This document shows positions 28,139 through 41,704 of a stretch of 64,000 nucleotides of DNA, piece by piece. How positions within the stretch are numbered: position 1 is the stretch's first letter; each line of letters begins with the position of its first letter. Both the position numbers and the translations under genes were made by a program. The notes below the pieces were generated by a model that was given only the letters and a program-made list of their open reading frames with translations, did no database searches and was not told the origin of the DNA. The stretch is from Octopus sinensis (Eukaryota), in assembly GCF_006345805.1 (NCBI RefSeq), contig NC_043015.1, positions 29,264,001 through 29,328,000 of the forward strand. The letters are read 5' to 3'.

Positions 28139-29162
28139 TACTCGCACTCACGCACACTCACGCACACTCACTAAGACACACTCATTCACAACCACATACA
28201 CACCCATTCACACACACTTACTCACACACACACATTCACGCACACATTCACACACACAGACTTATTCATTCATACGCGAGCTCACACTCACAAACTCGCA
28301 CTTTCACACGCTCGCTAGACTCGCACTCACGCACACTCACTAAGACACACTCACTCATGCACACACACACACACACTCACTCACTCTCACACTAACTCAT
28401 TCACACAACTCAACATACAAACAGTACATATTTCTCAAGTCAAAATTTCCCCTCACAACAACAACCAGCAGCAGCAGCAGACGCGGTCCAGTCCACAATA
28501 ATTAAAAAACCTTTTCCGTAGACATTTAAACATCACTGACTAACCCAACAGCAAAATCACTGCGGCTCCTCTACTGACCACATTTGATCAATTCCACACA
28601 CATAAAGCTCCTCTTCTGACCGCACTTCACCTTCCTTTTCCATAGACATGAACACCTTACTGTGCCATACCGGACCATTTCCAGAAGCATGAAGCTTCTA
28701 TACTGACCATACCTGACGAAATTCTGTTCTGGAATTCCTCTAAATTGACCATACCTGAACGGTTCCGCAGACTTTTTAACGGCATTTAAGGATGCTCAAA
28801 TTTCGTGCTTTGACCAGGAACTGGTTAATTAAACGAATCCAGGCAAACAATCTACTATATGTGCTTTCACTCATTATTTTCATATTATTCCTCATTCAAG
28901 GTAAGACAATTATGTGTGTATATAAATATATATGTTTTGGGATTTGGTTTGCAAGATTCTTTATATGAGTTCGTGTGTTGAAGCATATTCTGTTGTGTCT
29001 GGGGAGAGTCATTTTCTTTTTGTGCCTTATAATGTAACACACTCACTTTACAATTTAACACTTTCCACTTATTTCTTATTTTTATTTTCCTAAATTTTCT
29101 TTGCGTCTTGCAACCTTTTCAATATATATGCATGTATACATATACACGACTATTATATATAC

Positions 29163-29213
<51 letters not shown>

Positions 29214-29217
29214 TATG

Positions 29218-29255
<38 letters not shown>

Positions 29256-32200
29256 TATATCTATACATCATATATACATACATATATATATATATATATA
29301 CATATGTAGCCTTTTATCTTTTATTTGTTTCAGTCTTTAGACTACGGCCATGCTGGAGTCCCACCTTGAAATGTTTAGTCGAACAAATCGAACCAAGCAC
29401 TTTTTTTTCCTTTTTTCTTTTTGAGTCTGCTACTTATTCTATCGTATTTTTTGCCGAACTGCTAAGTTTAGGAGCGTAAATTCACCAACACCGGTTATCA
29501 AGCAGTGATGGAGGACAAACACACACACACACCAACCACACATATGCATATATTCTATTCTAGGCACAAGGCCCGAAATTTTGGGAAAAGGCGGGGGGGG
29601 GCAGTCGATTACATCGACCCTTGTACGCAACTGGTATTTAATTTATCGACCCCTAAAGGATGAAAGGCAAAGTCGATCTCGGCGGAATTTGAACTCAGAA
29701 CGTAACGACACACGAAATACCACAAAGCATTTCGCCCGGCGTGCTAACGTTTGTGCTAGCTCACCGCCTTCCAATATGTGTGTGTATAGCTCGCCGCCGC
29801 CTATCATATATATATATATATATATATGTACGACGAGCTTCTTTCAGTTTCCTCCTACCATATCTACTCACAGGGCTTTGATCGGCCCGAGGCTATAGTA
29901 GAAGACACTTGCCCAAGGTGCCACGCAGTGGGACTGAACCCGGGACCATGTGGTTGGGAAGGGCAAATTTTATATGTGAGTATGTATGTATGTATGTATG
30001 TATGTATGTATGTATGTACGCACGTACGTATGTATGTAGGTATGTATGTATGTATGTATGTAAGCATGCATGTATGTATGTGTATGTATGTATGTATGCA
30101 TGTATATATGCATGTATGTATGTATGTATACGGACTCACCTCACTTTTCTCGCTCGGCAATGTATAAATCTCCGATAATTGTTTATTTTAACGTTTATGA
30201 ATTTGTTTCGTAAGATTCCTGGTATAAAATTGTTGTATTTCGAGATCTTTTTTTTTTTTTTTTTTAGCAAGAAAAAAAATGACCATTCCGAAATATAACA
30301 ACATATTTATTTTAACTTTTATTTTGACATAATTTTTCTGTACAGGAATACCTCAACCCAAGTGGTTTTGATTTACCTCTTTTCGACTATACTTCGTTTC
30401 TTCCTTTTTTTTTTTCTTTATCTCTCTTTTACTCTCTTTTACTTGTTTCAGTCATTTGACTGCGGCCATGCTGGAGCACTACCTTTAATCGAGCAACTCT
30501 ACCCCGGGACTTATTCTTTTTTGTAAGCCCAGTACTTATTCTATCGGTCTCTTTTTGCCGAACCGCTAAGTGACGGGGGACATAAACACACCAGCATGTG
30601 TGTTTTGTTTTGTTTTCTTAAGAAATAAACCTCTGCGTCTGTTGATTTATCCATATTCGACTTTACGTCGGTCTCGTCGAACATATATAAAAACATGAAG
30701 TTTAAAAAAAAAACGCCTAAAACCAAATCTGAAGTTGAAAATCAAATAAAATGCAAATAAAAATATATACAATCCATTTATCAAAACGATATAAATCAAT
30801 GATTCGCAACCATTTTTTTTTTTGTTTTTAACCTATGCGCAGGAGTGGCTGTGTGGTAAGTAGCTTGCTTACCAACCACATGGTTCCGGATTCAGTCCCA
30901 CTGCGTGGCACCTTGGACAAGTGTCTTCTTCTATAGCCTCGGGTGGACCAAAGCCTTGTGAATGGATTTTCACTAAGAAAAAAGGGGGGATTTTTGGGGT
31001 GGAATCAAGTACCCTGACCTCCTAATATGCTGCAAATCCCTTATTTATGTTCGGGAAAGGGGGGAGGCGAGGGGAACCCCCACCTCATCCCGGAATCATT
31101 GAACATTTTTTTTTGTTTCGTTGAAAAAATTCTTGTGACCTCCTAATATGCTACCAAACCCTTTTTGGGTCCGAAAAATGGAGTGGGGCGAGATGGAAGC
31201 CTCGGAAATTTCACCCCCATTGATCTTTTCACCTGCATGATTTTCACTAAGGAAAAAAAATCGGATTTTTTTTCTTAGTGAAAATCGTGCGGATGTTACT
31301 CTAAAAATTTACCAAAAAAAAAAAGCCATATTTGCTTTGTACCAATTTTTGATCCAGTCGGAATTTTGCAATTTCTTCCACCAGCATCCCAGGAATACTA
31401 CTCTAGGGAGAAATTACTATAAATCTAATTGATTACTTTTAAAACTTGTTTTAATTTTAAATTGAATTAAAATTAATTTATTGTGGATTTATGGTATTTT
31501 TTTTAAGAATGTCTTCTGTTAAATATTGTCTGTCACTATCGAAATATGATACTTATTTCTTTACTACCCACAAGGGGCTAAACACAGAGAGGACAAACAA
31601 GGACAGACAAACGGATTAAGTCGATTATATCGACCCCAGTGTGTAACTGGTAATTAATTTATCGACCCCGTAAGGATAAAAGGCAAAGTCGACCTCGGCG
31701 GAATTTGAACTCAGAACGTATCAGCAGACGAAATACTGCTACGCATTTCGCGCGACGTGCTAACGATTCTGCCAGCTCACCGCCTTTCGAAATGTGATAC
31801 TTCTTGGTGGTACATAAGTTACACCAGTATGTAACTTGTGCGAGTAGTATCATTTTTATATGGACACCGCATTTTTTGGCGCTGTAATGGTTTCCTCTAC
31901 TTTTGAGTTTCCAGATGTATTAGAGAGAGATGTTGAACTGGTTCTGTCTGTATTTCTGTGCTAGTAGTTTTAAAAGCATCCACTGCAAGCCTTTTACGGA
32001 CCGTTTCAATAATGTCTGCTGTTGTGACTATGGCTTTATAGACAGGTTTTATCAGTGAGTTGTTATTGTAGGAAGTAAAGAAGGCGTAATGGTGTAGGCG
32101 CGTTTCTTTAATGTACGTGTTGTGACTGTGTTTTGGTGCTGTTCAAGGATATTGGTTGTCATGTTTTCATTGAAGAAAGCTTAAATAAGTGTACGTGTGT

Positions 32201-32606
32201 AGTATGTGTATTGCGTGTGCGTGTGCGCGTGTGTGTATTATGTATGTGTGTGTACATGCATGTATGTATATTTATATATACATATATATATATTTATATA
32301 TATTTATATATACATATATATACGCATATATATATATATACACTTACCATGAAATGGTCTTTTTCATACCGAATTCTACTTGGTGAAATTACTGATTACT
32401 TCTTAATTAATTAATTTTACCCTTTGTTATATATATATATATATATAATATATATATATATACATACATGCATATATATAAACATATATACATGCATATG
32501 TACATAGAAACATGCACACAAATTTATGTATCTACGTGTCCGTATGTATGTGCTTGTGTGAGTGTAGATATATATATATATATACAATATATAATATATC
32601 TATATA

Positions 32607-32675
<69 letters not shown>

Positions 32676-33529
32676 GCATATTTATATATGTGTGTGTGTG
32701 TATGTATGTATGTATGTATGTGTTTGTGTGTATGTATACATATGTATATACAGGAATGGGTGTGAATGAAAAGTTCACGATGTTTCTGCTTCAACCGGTG
32801 CTGCGCGGCGGTACTTTGTCTAAGTGGGGGTTTTCTTCTATTGTTTAGTGTCAAACAAAGCGTTGTGAATGATACGTGATTGACGGAAACTATGTAGAAC
32901 ACTGCCCCAGAGTTATGGTTCTTGGTTTGGGACGGTAGATGTAATCAGTTGCGCTGTTTAACACCACCACTCGACCTAAGGGGGTTACTTTAGCAGGGTT
33001 CACTCCATTGCCAGCATTCGAGTCATGTCTCCGGCCTAAGGATAACTTTGTCCATTCCTTCTCTTTTACTCTTTCACTTGTTTCAGGCATTTGACTGCGG
33101 CCATGCTGGAGCACCGCCTTTAGTCGAGCAAATCGATCCCAGGACTTATTCTTTGTAAGCCTAGTACTTATTCTATCGGTCTCTTTTGCCGAACCGCTAA
33201 GTTACGGGGACGTAAACACACCACCATCGGTTGTGAAGCTGTGTGGGAGGGACAAACAGACACACAAACATATACACACACATATAAACATATATACGAC
33301 GGGCTTTTCTCAGTTTCCGTCGACCAAATCCACTCACAAGGCATTGGTCGACCCGAGGCTATAGTAGAAGACACTTGCCCGAGGTGATATGCAGTGGGAC
33401 TGAACCCGGAACCATGTGGCTGGTAAGCATGCTACTTACCACACCCCACACCTGTATGTATACATATGTGTATGTACCCTTCACACCTCTACGATGTCTT
33501 GTATCTGTATTTTCCATATATGAGTGTGT

Positions 33530-34800
33530 ACATGTATGCATGTAGGAGTTATGTACGCACCACCTGTTCTACATCTTGTATCAATATTTTGTAACAATAT
33601 ATGTTTGTACGTGTGTCTGTATGTACGTATGCATGTATATGTGCGTGTAGGTAGATAGGAAGGTATGTAGGTAGGTAAGTAGGTGTGTATATATGTATGT
33701 ACGAATGTATGTGCGTGTGTATGTATGTATGTATGTATGTATGTATGTATGTATGTATGTGCGTGTGTATGTATGTATGTATGTATGTATGTGCGTGTGT
33801 ATGTATGTATGTATGTATGTATGTATGTATGCATGTATGTATGTATGTATGTATGTACGTATGTATGTATGTATGTACGTATGTATGTATGTACGTATGT
33901 ATGTATGTATGTACGTATGTATGTATGTATGTATGTATGTATGTACGTATGTATGTATGTATGTATGTACGTATGTATGTATGTATGTACGTATGTATGT
34001 ATGTATGTATGTATGTATGTATGTATGTATGTGCGTGTGTATGTATGTATGTATGTATGTATGTATGTATGTATGTATGTATGTACGTATGTATGTATGT
34101 ATGTGCGTGTGTATGTATGTATGTATGTATGTATGTATGTGCGTGTGTATGTATGTATGCATGTATGTATGCATGTGCATATGTATGTACTATGTATGCA
34201 TGTATATATATGCATGTGTATGTATACATGTGTACACGTATACATGTGTGTATGCATGTATGTATGTATGTATGTATGTATGTATGTATCCGTGTGTATA
34301 TATACAGAAGTGTTTTTTGATGTTTGTATTCTTGCATGTATGAGGATATGTGTGTATATATATGTATGAATGTATGTACATTTATATGTATTTGCATATA
34401 TGCATGTGTGAATATATATGTACGTATGTATGTATGCATGTACGTGTTTGTGTGTATGTATGCCTGTATGTATGCCTGTATGTATGTATGTATGTATGTA
34501 TGTATGTATGTTTTAGGATATATGTGTATATATATGTATGGATGGATGTACATGTATGTGTATGCATGTATGCATATATGCATGTGTGAATATATATGTA
34601 CGTATGTGTGTATGTATGTACGTGTATGTATGTATGTATGTATTTACGTATGTCTGTGTACGTGTGTGTGTATGTATGTATGTATGTATGTATGTATTTA
34701 TGTATGTATGTTCGTGTGTATGTATGTATGCCTGTATGTATATATGTACGTACGTACGAATGCATACATGTATGTATGTTTGTGTGATTGAGTACGTGTG
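33530..34800. repeat. About 1.3-kb (GTAT)n-derived microsatellite
   Basis: Directly visible; source of YVCM/HTYI spurious ORFs. Confidence 0.95.
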
Positions 34801-35535
34801 TGTATATGAGGTGTATACCATTCTCATCATCTTTACAATGTCTTGTACCAGAATTCTCCAGTTAGTTGCAACAACAACAACACCAACAACAACATGTAAA
34901 TCAGGTTGTCCAACGTATTAATACTTCCGGTTGGTCACTAAAAGATACCAAGTATTAAAGCTAATATTGTTACTACATTATTTTCTCTTTCTCTCCATTC
35001 TCTATTTTCTCATTCCCTTCCTTCTCTATCTACTTGTATCTAACTTTTTCTACTCTAGGTACAAGGCCCGACATTTTTGGGGCGGGGGGCCAGTCGATTA
35101 GATCGACCCCAGTACACAACTGGTACTTATTTAATCGACCCCGAAAGGATGAAAGGCAAAATCGACCTCGGCGGAATTTAAACTCAGAACGTGAAGACGG
35201 ACGAAATACCTATTTTTTTACTACCCACAAGGGGCTAAACACAGAGGGGACAAACAAGGACAGACATAGGTATTAAGTCGATTACATCGACCCCAGTGCG
35301 TAACTGGTACTTAATTTATCGACTCCGAAAGGGTGAAAGGCAAAGTCGACCTCGGCGGAATTTGAACTCAGAACGTAAAGAGAGGCGACATACCGCTAGG
35401 CATTTTGCCAGGTGTGCTAACGTTTCTGCCTATCTCTTACTACATATACCTCCATCTGTATCTCTCTGTATATCACTGTCTCTTCCTTAATAATTATCGT
35501 ACTCTCTCTCTCTTCTCTCTCTCTCTCTCTATCTA

Positions 35536-35587
<52 letters not shown>

Positions 35588-36184
35588 TACTCTCCTTTAC
35601 ACGATATGTAGACAGGAGACTGCAGAGTAGTTGAGAGTGCAACATTGACAATGGAGTTTCGACCTTAAAATATTAAACTGTCCACAGAGTAGCGGTTCAG
35701 CAAAAGAGAACCGATAGAATAAGTACCAGGCTGAAAGTGATTTGTTTATCCCTTCTAGCAAGTCTAGAGACCACGTAAAGGTTTCCCTCATTGGCTCCCC
35801 TTAATAATTTAAGGGGTCTGTATGAAACCACAGATCTTATTCATTTCATCAAGCTGTGCTTGACAGAAGTGTAGAAACTGACAAATTTGTAGTTTAAGAT
35901 AGTTATCAATGCGTGAACAACTCCCTTGACTTCGTGTGAACGGTCAGACGAAAGTTTATCAACCCCCTTTTCCGTGTTCAGTTCAAATTCCCACCTTTCA
36001 TCCTTGTCGGGGCAGGAAAAAAACAGTTATCAACCAAAACCTGGAGTTGATTTAACTGACTGTTCTCCCTCTTGTAAAAACATTCAGGTCTTGTTCCTAT
36101 CTTAGAACTTATTATTGACCCTGTTTTATATCCTGCATAACCGGGTTTAAACTATGGGGCTGATACACCAAAGGGAAGATGTCA

Positions 36185-36300
36185 CTTGATTGACAGCTCC
36201 GTAGTATCACAGTTGATCTATTTAGCGCGATCTTCTGGACTGCATAAATATTGATCTTACCCCGGATACAGTTGGTGAACTTTTCCATTCCCTTGATCAT
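36185..36300 (-). mobile_element. Short 3' relic of an R4-like LINE
   Basis: GKINIYAVQKIALNRSTVILR resembles the C-terminus of the element at 18200-18290. Confidence 0.45.
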
Positions 36301-37092
36301 GAACTTTATACTCCAATGATCACTGACGTTATTTCATTCTCCATGTCCCAGCAGTTTTTATCTTTGCATCATCGGCTGAAATTCTCTGACTCTCCATTGA
36401 ACTACAGAGAGATCTCACATCGATAAAATAAAAAGAAAGAAAGCATTTTGTTTTAATAATATTCAGACTGTGACATAAAGAGAAAAAAGAAAGTCTGCGA
36501 GTCTTATTACAACTTCCATCCAACAGACCAGGGTATCGAAACTCGATTGCCAGTTTTCTAGGTCACCGGAAATTCATCTCCTGCTCTCAAGGTCGATGAC
36601 TGCCCCATTAAAACAATGCCGCGAACATAATTTTTTTAAAGAACGAAGCCCCTTTCCAATATAGAAGTGACCTATACGTTAGGGTCGGTAGTTTGGCCCC
36701 ATCAAAAACTGACATTCAAAGATTTATGAAGTCTGTTTTGATAAAATCTTCCAAGATTGCTAGACAAGTAGACTTTTCTAATTGGATTTCTGCAAAAGTA
36801 GTCTGACAACTCCACACAGGTCTTTTATTAACGTCTTCAACACACAATAAGAAGCCAGAACGTACTGTGGTCTATTTTCTTTCTTATTTTTCAATTAATA
36901 AATTGTCTTGTTCATACACACCCATTCTCATTCTATCAGCCTCTTTTTTAATCTTTCCAAATATTTAGCTAGCTTGCTAGCTTGTTACCTTCCTAATTAT
37001 TGCATTCTTCCTTACATCCTGAAAGGGATACATAGAAACAAATCAAAATATATTTATGAAAATAAATATATAATGTAAACACCAAATTTTGG

Positions 37093-37542
37093 GGATCTTT
37101 TCGGTTTGAACGGCAGTTTTTTCTAGCGGTGTCATATGAAATTGTCACCCATAATTATGACCCTAGTATCGATCTATTGCATTTCAATCTGTTTTAGGGT
37201 TAGGAGTTAGTTAGGATTAATTAGGGTTAGGGTTAGAGTTAGGGGTGGGGGGAAGGGTATCTTTTTTCTTCAGAAATGTAAATAAACCCAATCTGTCTCT
37301 TAAACGAGGGACATATTCATACGGAACAGAATGTTTTTTACCTCAATATACGTCAATGATTGGTTGAAATTGCAGAAATTGAAGGAAAACAACAACAAAT
37401 ATCTTACAAACTATAGAATGTTCTCAATAAAGCCAAGAGAAAAAGATGTTTTATAAACACATTCTACCAGTATACAAAGTTTAAAATCTTTTAGTTACGT
37501 GGAAATTATTTTAAAAAACTGCCGGTCAAACCGAAAAGATCC
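37093..37542 (+). mobile_element. GGATCTTTTCGG-TIR MITE copy A (Merlin-like)
   Basis: 24-bp TIR GGATCTTTTCGGTTTGAACGGCAG; no TSD; internal expanded TTAGGG-like run. Confidence 0.75.
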
Positions 37543-37974
37543 GGAAACTGAAAGAAGCTTGTCGTATGTGTGTATGAGAGAGGGTGTCTTTGTGTCTTTG
37601 TTTGTCACCCACCTCCATTTGACAACCGGTGTTGGTGTGTTTACGACCCGCTGTAACTTACCAGTTAGGCAAAAGAAAGCAATAGAAGAAGGAGTAGGCT
37701 TTCGAAAACAAAAGTACTGGGGTCGTTTCATTTGATTCAAAATTTCTTTAAGGCGGTGCTCCAACATGGGCGCAGTCTAATGCCTGAAACAAATAAAAGA
37801 TAAAAGATAAAAGATGCTCATTCATCAATATTTGTATCTAATTTACTTTTGTGTCTGGGGAGAGTCATTTTCTTTTTGTGCCTCATAATTTAATACATTC
37901 ACCGGTCAAATTTTCCGAATATGCTTCAACACACGAACTCATATAAATAATCTTGCAAACCAACTCCAAAAACG

Positions 37975-38452
37975 GGATCTTTTCGGTTTGACCGGCAGTT
38001 TTTTTTAATAATTTCCACGTAACTAAACACTTTTAAACTTCGTATTCTGGTAGAATGTGTTTATAAAACATCTTTTTCTCTTGGCTTTATTGAGAAAATT
38101 CTATAGTTTGTAAGATATTTGTTGTTGTTGTTTTTTCTTCAATTTCTGCAATTTCAACCAATCAATGATGTCTATTGAGGTAAAAAAACATTCTGTTCCG
38201 TATGAATATGTCCCTCGTTTAAGAAACAGATTGGGTTTATTTACATTGATTGATTGATTGATTGATTGATTCTAGTTTCAGCTTATGAGCTGTGGCCATG
38301 CTGGGGCGAAGAAAACAATATACCCTTCTCCCCACCCCTAACCCTAACCCTAAAACAGATTGAAATGCAATAGATCGATACTAGGATCATAATTATGGGT
38401 GACAATTTCATGACACCGCTAGAAAAAACTGCCGTTCAAACCGAAAAGATCA
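37975..38452 (-). mobile_element. GGATCTTTTCGG-TIR MITE copy B
   Basis: Inverted relative to copy A; 8-bp TSD CAAAAACG at 37967-37974 and 38453-38460. Confidence 0.82.
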
Positions 38453-38624
38453 CAAAAACGAAATAATTTACTTTTCTTATTCAATTTTCATTTCATTTTT
38501 TTTTTTCCTTTCTTTTAGCAACACATGAGAAATTCAAACCATGGCAACGACGTGGACCACAACACGTGATGCATTCCAAAGTAAGTTTCGTATATAATAG
38601 AATCAGTCGTTTTGTACGTTTTGT

Positions 38625-38869
38625 ATGTGTGAGGGAACGGCGAATTTCGAGTCGAAAAGGTCTGCAGAGCTGGAGGAGAAAAGACGACGACGGAAGGAGC
38701 GCCAACAACAACCACGTGCGACTCTCCCTTCCGGCACTAGATGTCCGCACTGTGGCCGATCTTTTCGAGCAAGAATTGGTCTTATCAGTCACCTGCGGAC
38801 TCACCAATAAATTTGCGCGAAGACCATCATCCTCGACCTTGAGGGATTGCCATAGTAGTAGTAGTAGTA
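38625..38869 (+). mobile_element. RTE (BovB-like) LINE 3' end
   Basis: FESKRSAELEEKRRRRK...CPHCGRSFRARIGLISHLRTH* C-terminal zinc finger, short 3' UTR and (TAG)n tail. Confidence 0.85.
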
Positions 38870-39009
38870 TGTGTGTGTGAGAGAGAGACAGACAGACAGA
38901 CAGAGAAAATGTGTTGTGTGTGTGTGTGTGTGCCTCTTGGTCAGTCTTTATCTGCCTTTTTATCTACGTATTTTACCTCTTCCTTTCTTTCTCTTTTTTT
39001 TTTTATCAG

Positions 39010-40158
39010 GTGGATTCTTATGCAAAAACGTCTGCGAAATTCTCCAAGCAAGATTCAATATTCGAAGAACGGCGCAGACGACTGCAAGAAGTCTGTAACG
39101 GGAACGAAAATGTATTCATTGGTAACAACACGGAAGCTAATATCAAAGGCCGAATGCACATTGATTCGAAACACAAAATTATATACTGCGCCATTGAGAA
39201 AACTGGCTCAACATTTTGGAAGCGAACTATGCAAATTCTTATCGGCATACGGAATGCTAGTAACCCGTTTGTTATTCGGGGTATGGAAGCGCATTTCAAT
39301 TTCAATACTCTGAGAAAGGTTTCTTTCGATATAGTTCACGTTCTTTTACAGAAATATACCAAATTCTTGTTCGTGAGAGAACCGTACGCTCGCCTCTTGT
39401 CGGGATATGTCGACAAGCTTTTCTCGCCCAATTCGTTCTACTGGAAATACACAGGCACCTATATTGTTCGTTACTTTCGTTCACTTCCGTCTAACCACAG
39501 TATCAAGTGTGGCCACGACGTCACGTTTCCGGAGTTTATTGATTACTTCATAGATTCGGAAGAACATAATCGATTCAGAAACGGCCATTTCACACCGAGT
39601 TACGATCATTGTCGACCTTGCCAGATTCAGTACGATATCATTGGGAAGCTTGAGTCATTCAAAAACGACACTATATACATTCTGGAAAAACTTGGTGTAG
39701 ATTCTCTCATCCATTTCTCAGATTTTGCCAGAGAGAGCGAAATCGACGCTTTAACCGATGCGGCAGATAACGTCTACGCGATGAGGTTGGCGGTCACAAA
39801 ATGCATGACATTCACAGAAGCCTTACGTCGAGTGTGGAAGAAAATGCAGATCCGTGGTCTTTTGAGCCGCGAAATTCCGTTTCCTTATTCAGACGATTCT
39901 CGGGCTTACATTCCATATTCCACTTTCTCAAAAACATTACTCGATGCTCACGCGCGTTCTGGTCCCCGGGATAAAAGGATCGAAAACCGCAAGCTGGCTC
40001 TCATAGAGGCCTACCGACAAATCGACTACAGACAATTGTTGAGGCTGAAAAGAATTCTTGAACCGGATTGCAAAATATTTGGTTATGATCCGGAACCATC
40101 CATTATCTTCCAGCAAACCAGGCAGCCTGAATCTTTCTATTTTATGTTTGATTATTAA
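39010..40158 (+). CDS. Carbohydrate sulfotransferase (Sulfotransfer_2; CHST11/HNK-1ST-like), large terminal coding exon of 382 aa
   Basis: Long polypyrimidine tract and ttttatcag|GTG acceptor (phase 0). PAPS-binding motifs YCAIEKTGSTFWKR (5'-PSB) and FLFVREPYARLLSGYVDK (3'-PB), plus HF..SYDHCRPCQIQYDIIGKLE. No N-terminal transmembrane segment, so an upstream exon must exist. Exact paralogue not assignable. Confidence 0.9.
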   Translation: MDSYAKTSAKFSKQDSIFEERRRRLQEVCNGNENVFIGNNTEANIKGRMHIDSKHKIIYCAIEKTGSTFWKRTMQILIGIRNASNPFVIRGMEAHFNFNTLRKVSFDIVHVLLQKYTKFLFVREPYARLLSGYVDKLFSPNSFYWKYTGTYIVRYFRSLPSNHSIKCGHDVTFPEFIDYFIDSEEHNRFRNGHFTPSYDHCRPCQIQYDIIGKLESFKNDTIYILEKLGVDSLIHFSDFARESEIDALTDAADNVYAMRLAVTKCMTFTEALRRVWKKMQIRGLLSREIPFPYSDDSRAYIPYSTFSKTLLDAHARSGPRDKRIENRKLALIEAYRQIDYRQLLRLKRILEPDCKIFGYDPEPSIIFQQTRQPESFYFMFDY

Positions 40159-40817
40159 ACGGTTGGCAAATCGGTTTGAAGTAAATCAAATGTTGGACTT
40201 TGTGGCAAAACGTCTTAATTTGGAAAAAAATCTCCCAAAATTCACGGAATTAAAATTACACGTCGATCGTCGTACAAAACTGTAGATTAACTGTTTACGA
40301 AGTATAATCACGTGTTTTCACGAATGTACTAACGAGATTTGCTTTGGTATTCTCATTTAAATATGAATAGGTAATTACGTACGGTTTTGGGCGGCTTGGT
40401 CACATGAACCAACATTTTTTTCGGGCGGCTTTGGGCGGTTTGGTAACGAAAGGGTTAAATTCCCGTCTCAAAAAGAGACCCGGTCACTGCAACCAACAAA
40501 TCATAATTGAATACAAACAGATTTAAACAAATTACATTCCATACATAAAAGAAACCAGTCAGTGAAACAACAATAATAATAATTCTTTCTACTGTAGGTA
40601 CAAGGCCAAAAATTTGGGGAAGGGAAAATAGTCGATCAGTGCGTATCTGCTACTTATTCCATCGCCCCCGAAAGGATGAAAGGTAAAGTCAACCTCGGTG
40701 GAATTTGAACTCAGAACGTATAGACGGACGAAATGACGCTAAGCATTTTGACCGACGTGCTAACGATAGTTGTAATTCAATGTGCTGTCCAGAACTTTTC
40801 TGACTTATAAAACATGC

Positions 40818-41215
40818 GGATCTTTTCGGTTTGAACGGCAGTTTTTAACATAATTTCTAGGTAGCTAAAAAATTTTTAACTTCGTATACTGGTAGAATGT
40901 GTTTATAAAACATCTTTTTCTTTTGCCTTTATTGAGAAAATTCTATAGTTTGTAACATATTTGTTGGGTTTTTTCTTCAATTTCTGCAATTTCAACCAAT
41001 CAGTGACGTCTATTGAGGTAAAAAGCATTTTGTGCCGTATGAAACAGATTGGGTTTATTTACATTTGTGAAGAAAAAAAGATACCCTTCCACCAAGCCCC
41101 ACCCCTAACCCTAAAACATATTGAAATGCAATAGATCGATACTAGGGTCATAATTATGGGTGACAATTTCATATGACACCGCTAGAAAAAACTGCCGTTC
41201 AAACCGAAAAGATTC
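40818..41215 (-). mobile_element. GGATCTTTTCGG-TIR MITE copy C
   Basis: 8-bp TSD AAACATGC at 40810-40817 and 41216-41223. Confidence 0.82.
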
Positions 41216-41704
41216 AAACATGCCTTTCAAGTATTTTATACATATAATGCATCAAATAGGTTATCATACAATTAACCGCCGTAAAAATAGTGGAAGTAAA
41301 TTGCCCTTAAAAACTGGAATTATTGCGATAGAAACCGGAAGTGACGACAGTGACATTCCATGATTTCAAGTAAATGTATATATGTGTGTATATATTTTAA
41401 TTTCTGTCCATTTTTCATAAAGCTGTAGATATCCTACTTTGTTTTGTTTTTATTGTTTTTTTTTGGGGGGAAAGGGGACAAAAGGCGTATATTTTGTCTC
41501 CTTTCAAAGGAATTAATTATATTTGACTCTTTGGATAGTCTATTAAATAAAGTAAATTATTTTCAAAACACATTGATTTGGGTTTTTTTTAATTTTTCCC
41601 CCCATTCGTTTGTCTTTTTTCGTCCCCACTTATATGTTTATATTTGTCCCCCTGTGTTTAGCCCCTTGTGAGTAATAAAGAAATCGTTGTTACAATCATT
41701 TGAA

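Noticed and set aside
36560-36960. Protein-like minus-strand frame (also 31880-32150)
   Set aside because: Multiple stops, no recognisable family and no consistent splice sites.
38911-39009. Hydrophobic N-terminus of the 415-aa ORF as the sulfotransferase signal anchor
   Set aside because: It is encoded by a TG microsatellite and the polypyrimidine tract before a canonical acceptor, so it is intronic.
40283-40458. Complete piggyBac MITE in the CHST 3' region (also 9000-9101)
   Set aside because: Only a right end (GTAACGAAAGGG-TTAA) is clear; no matching left TIR.
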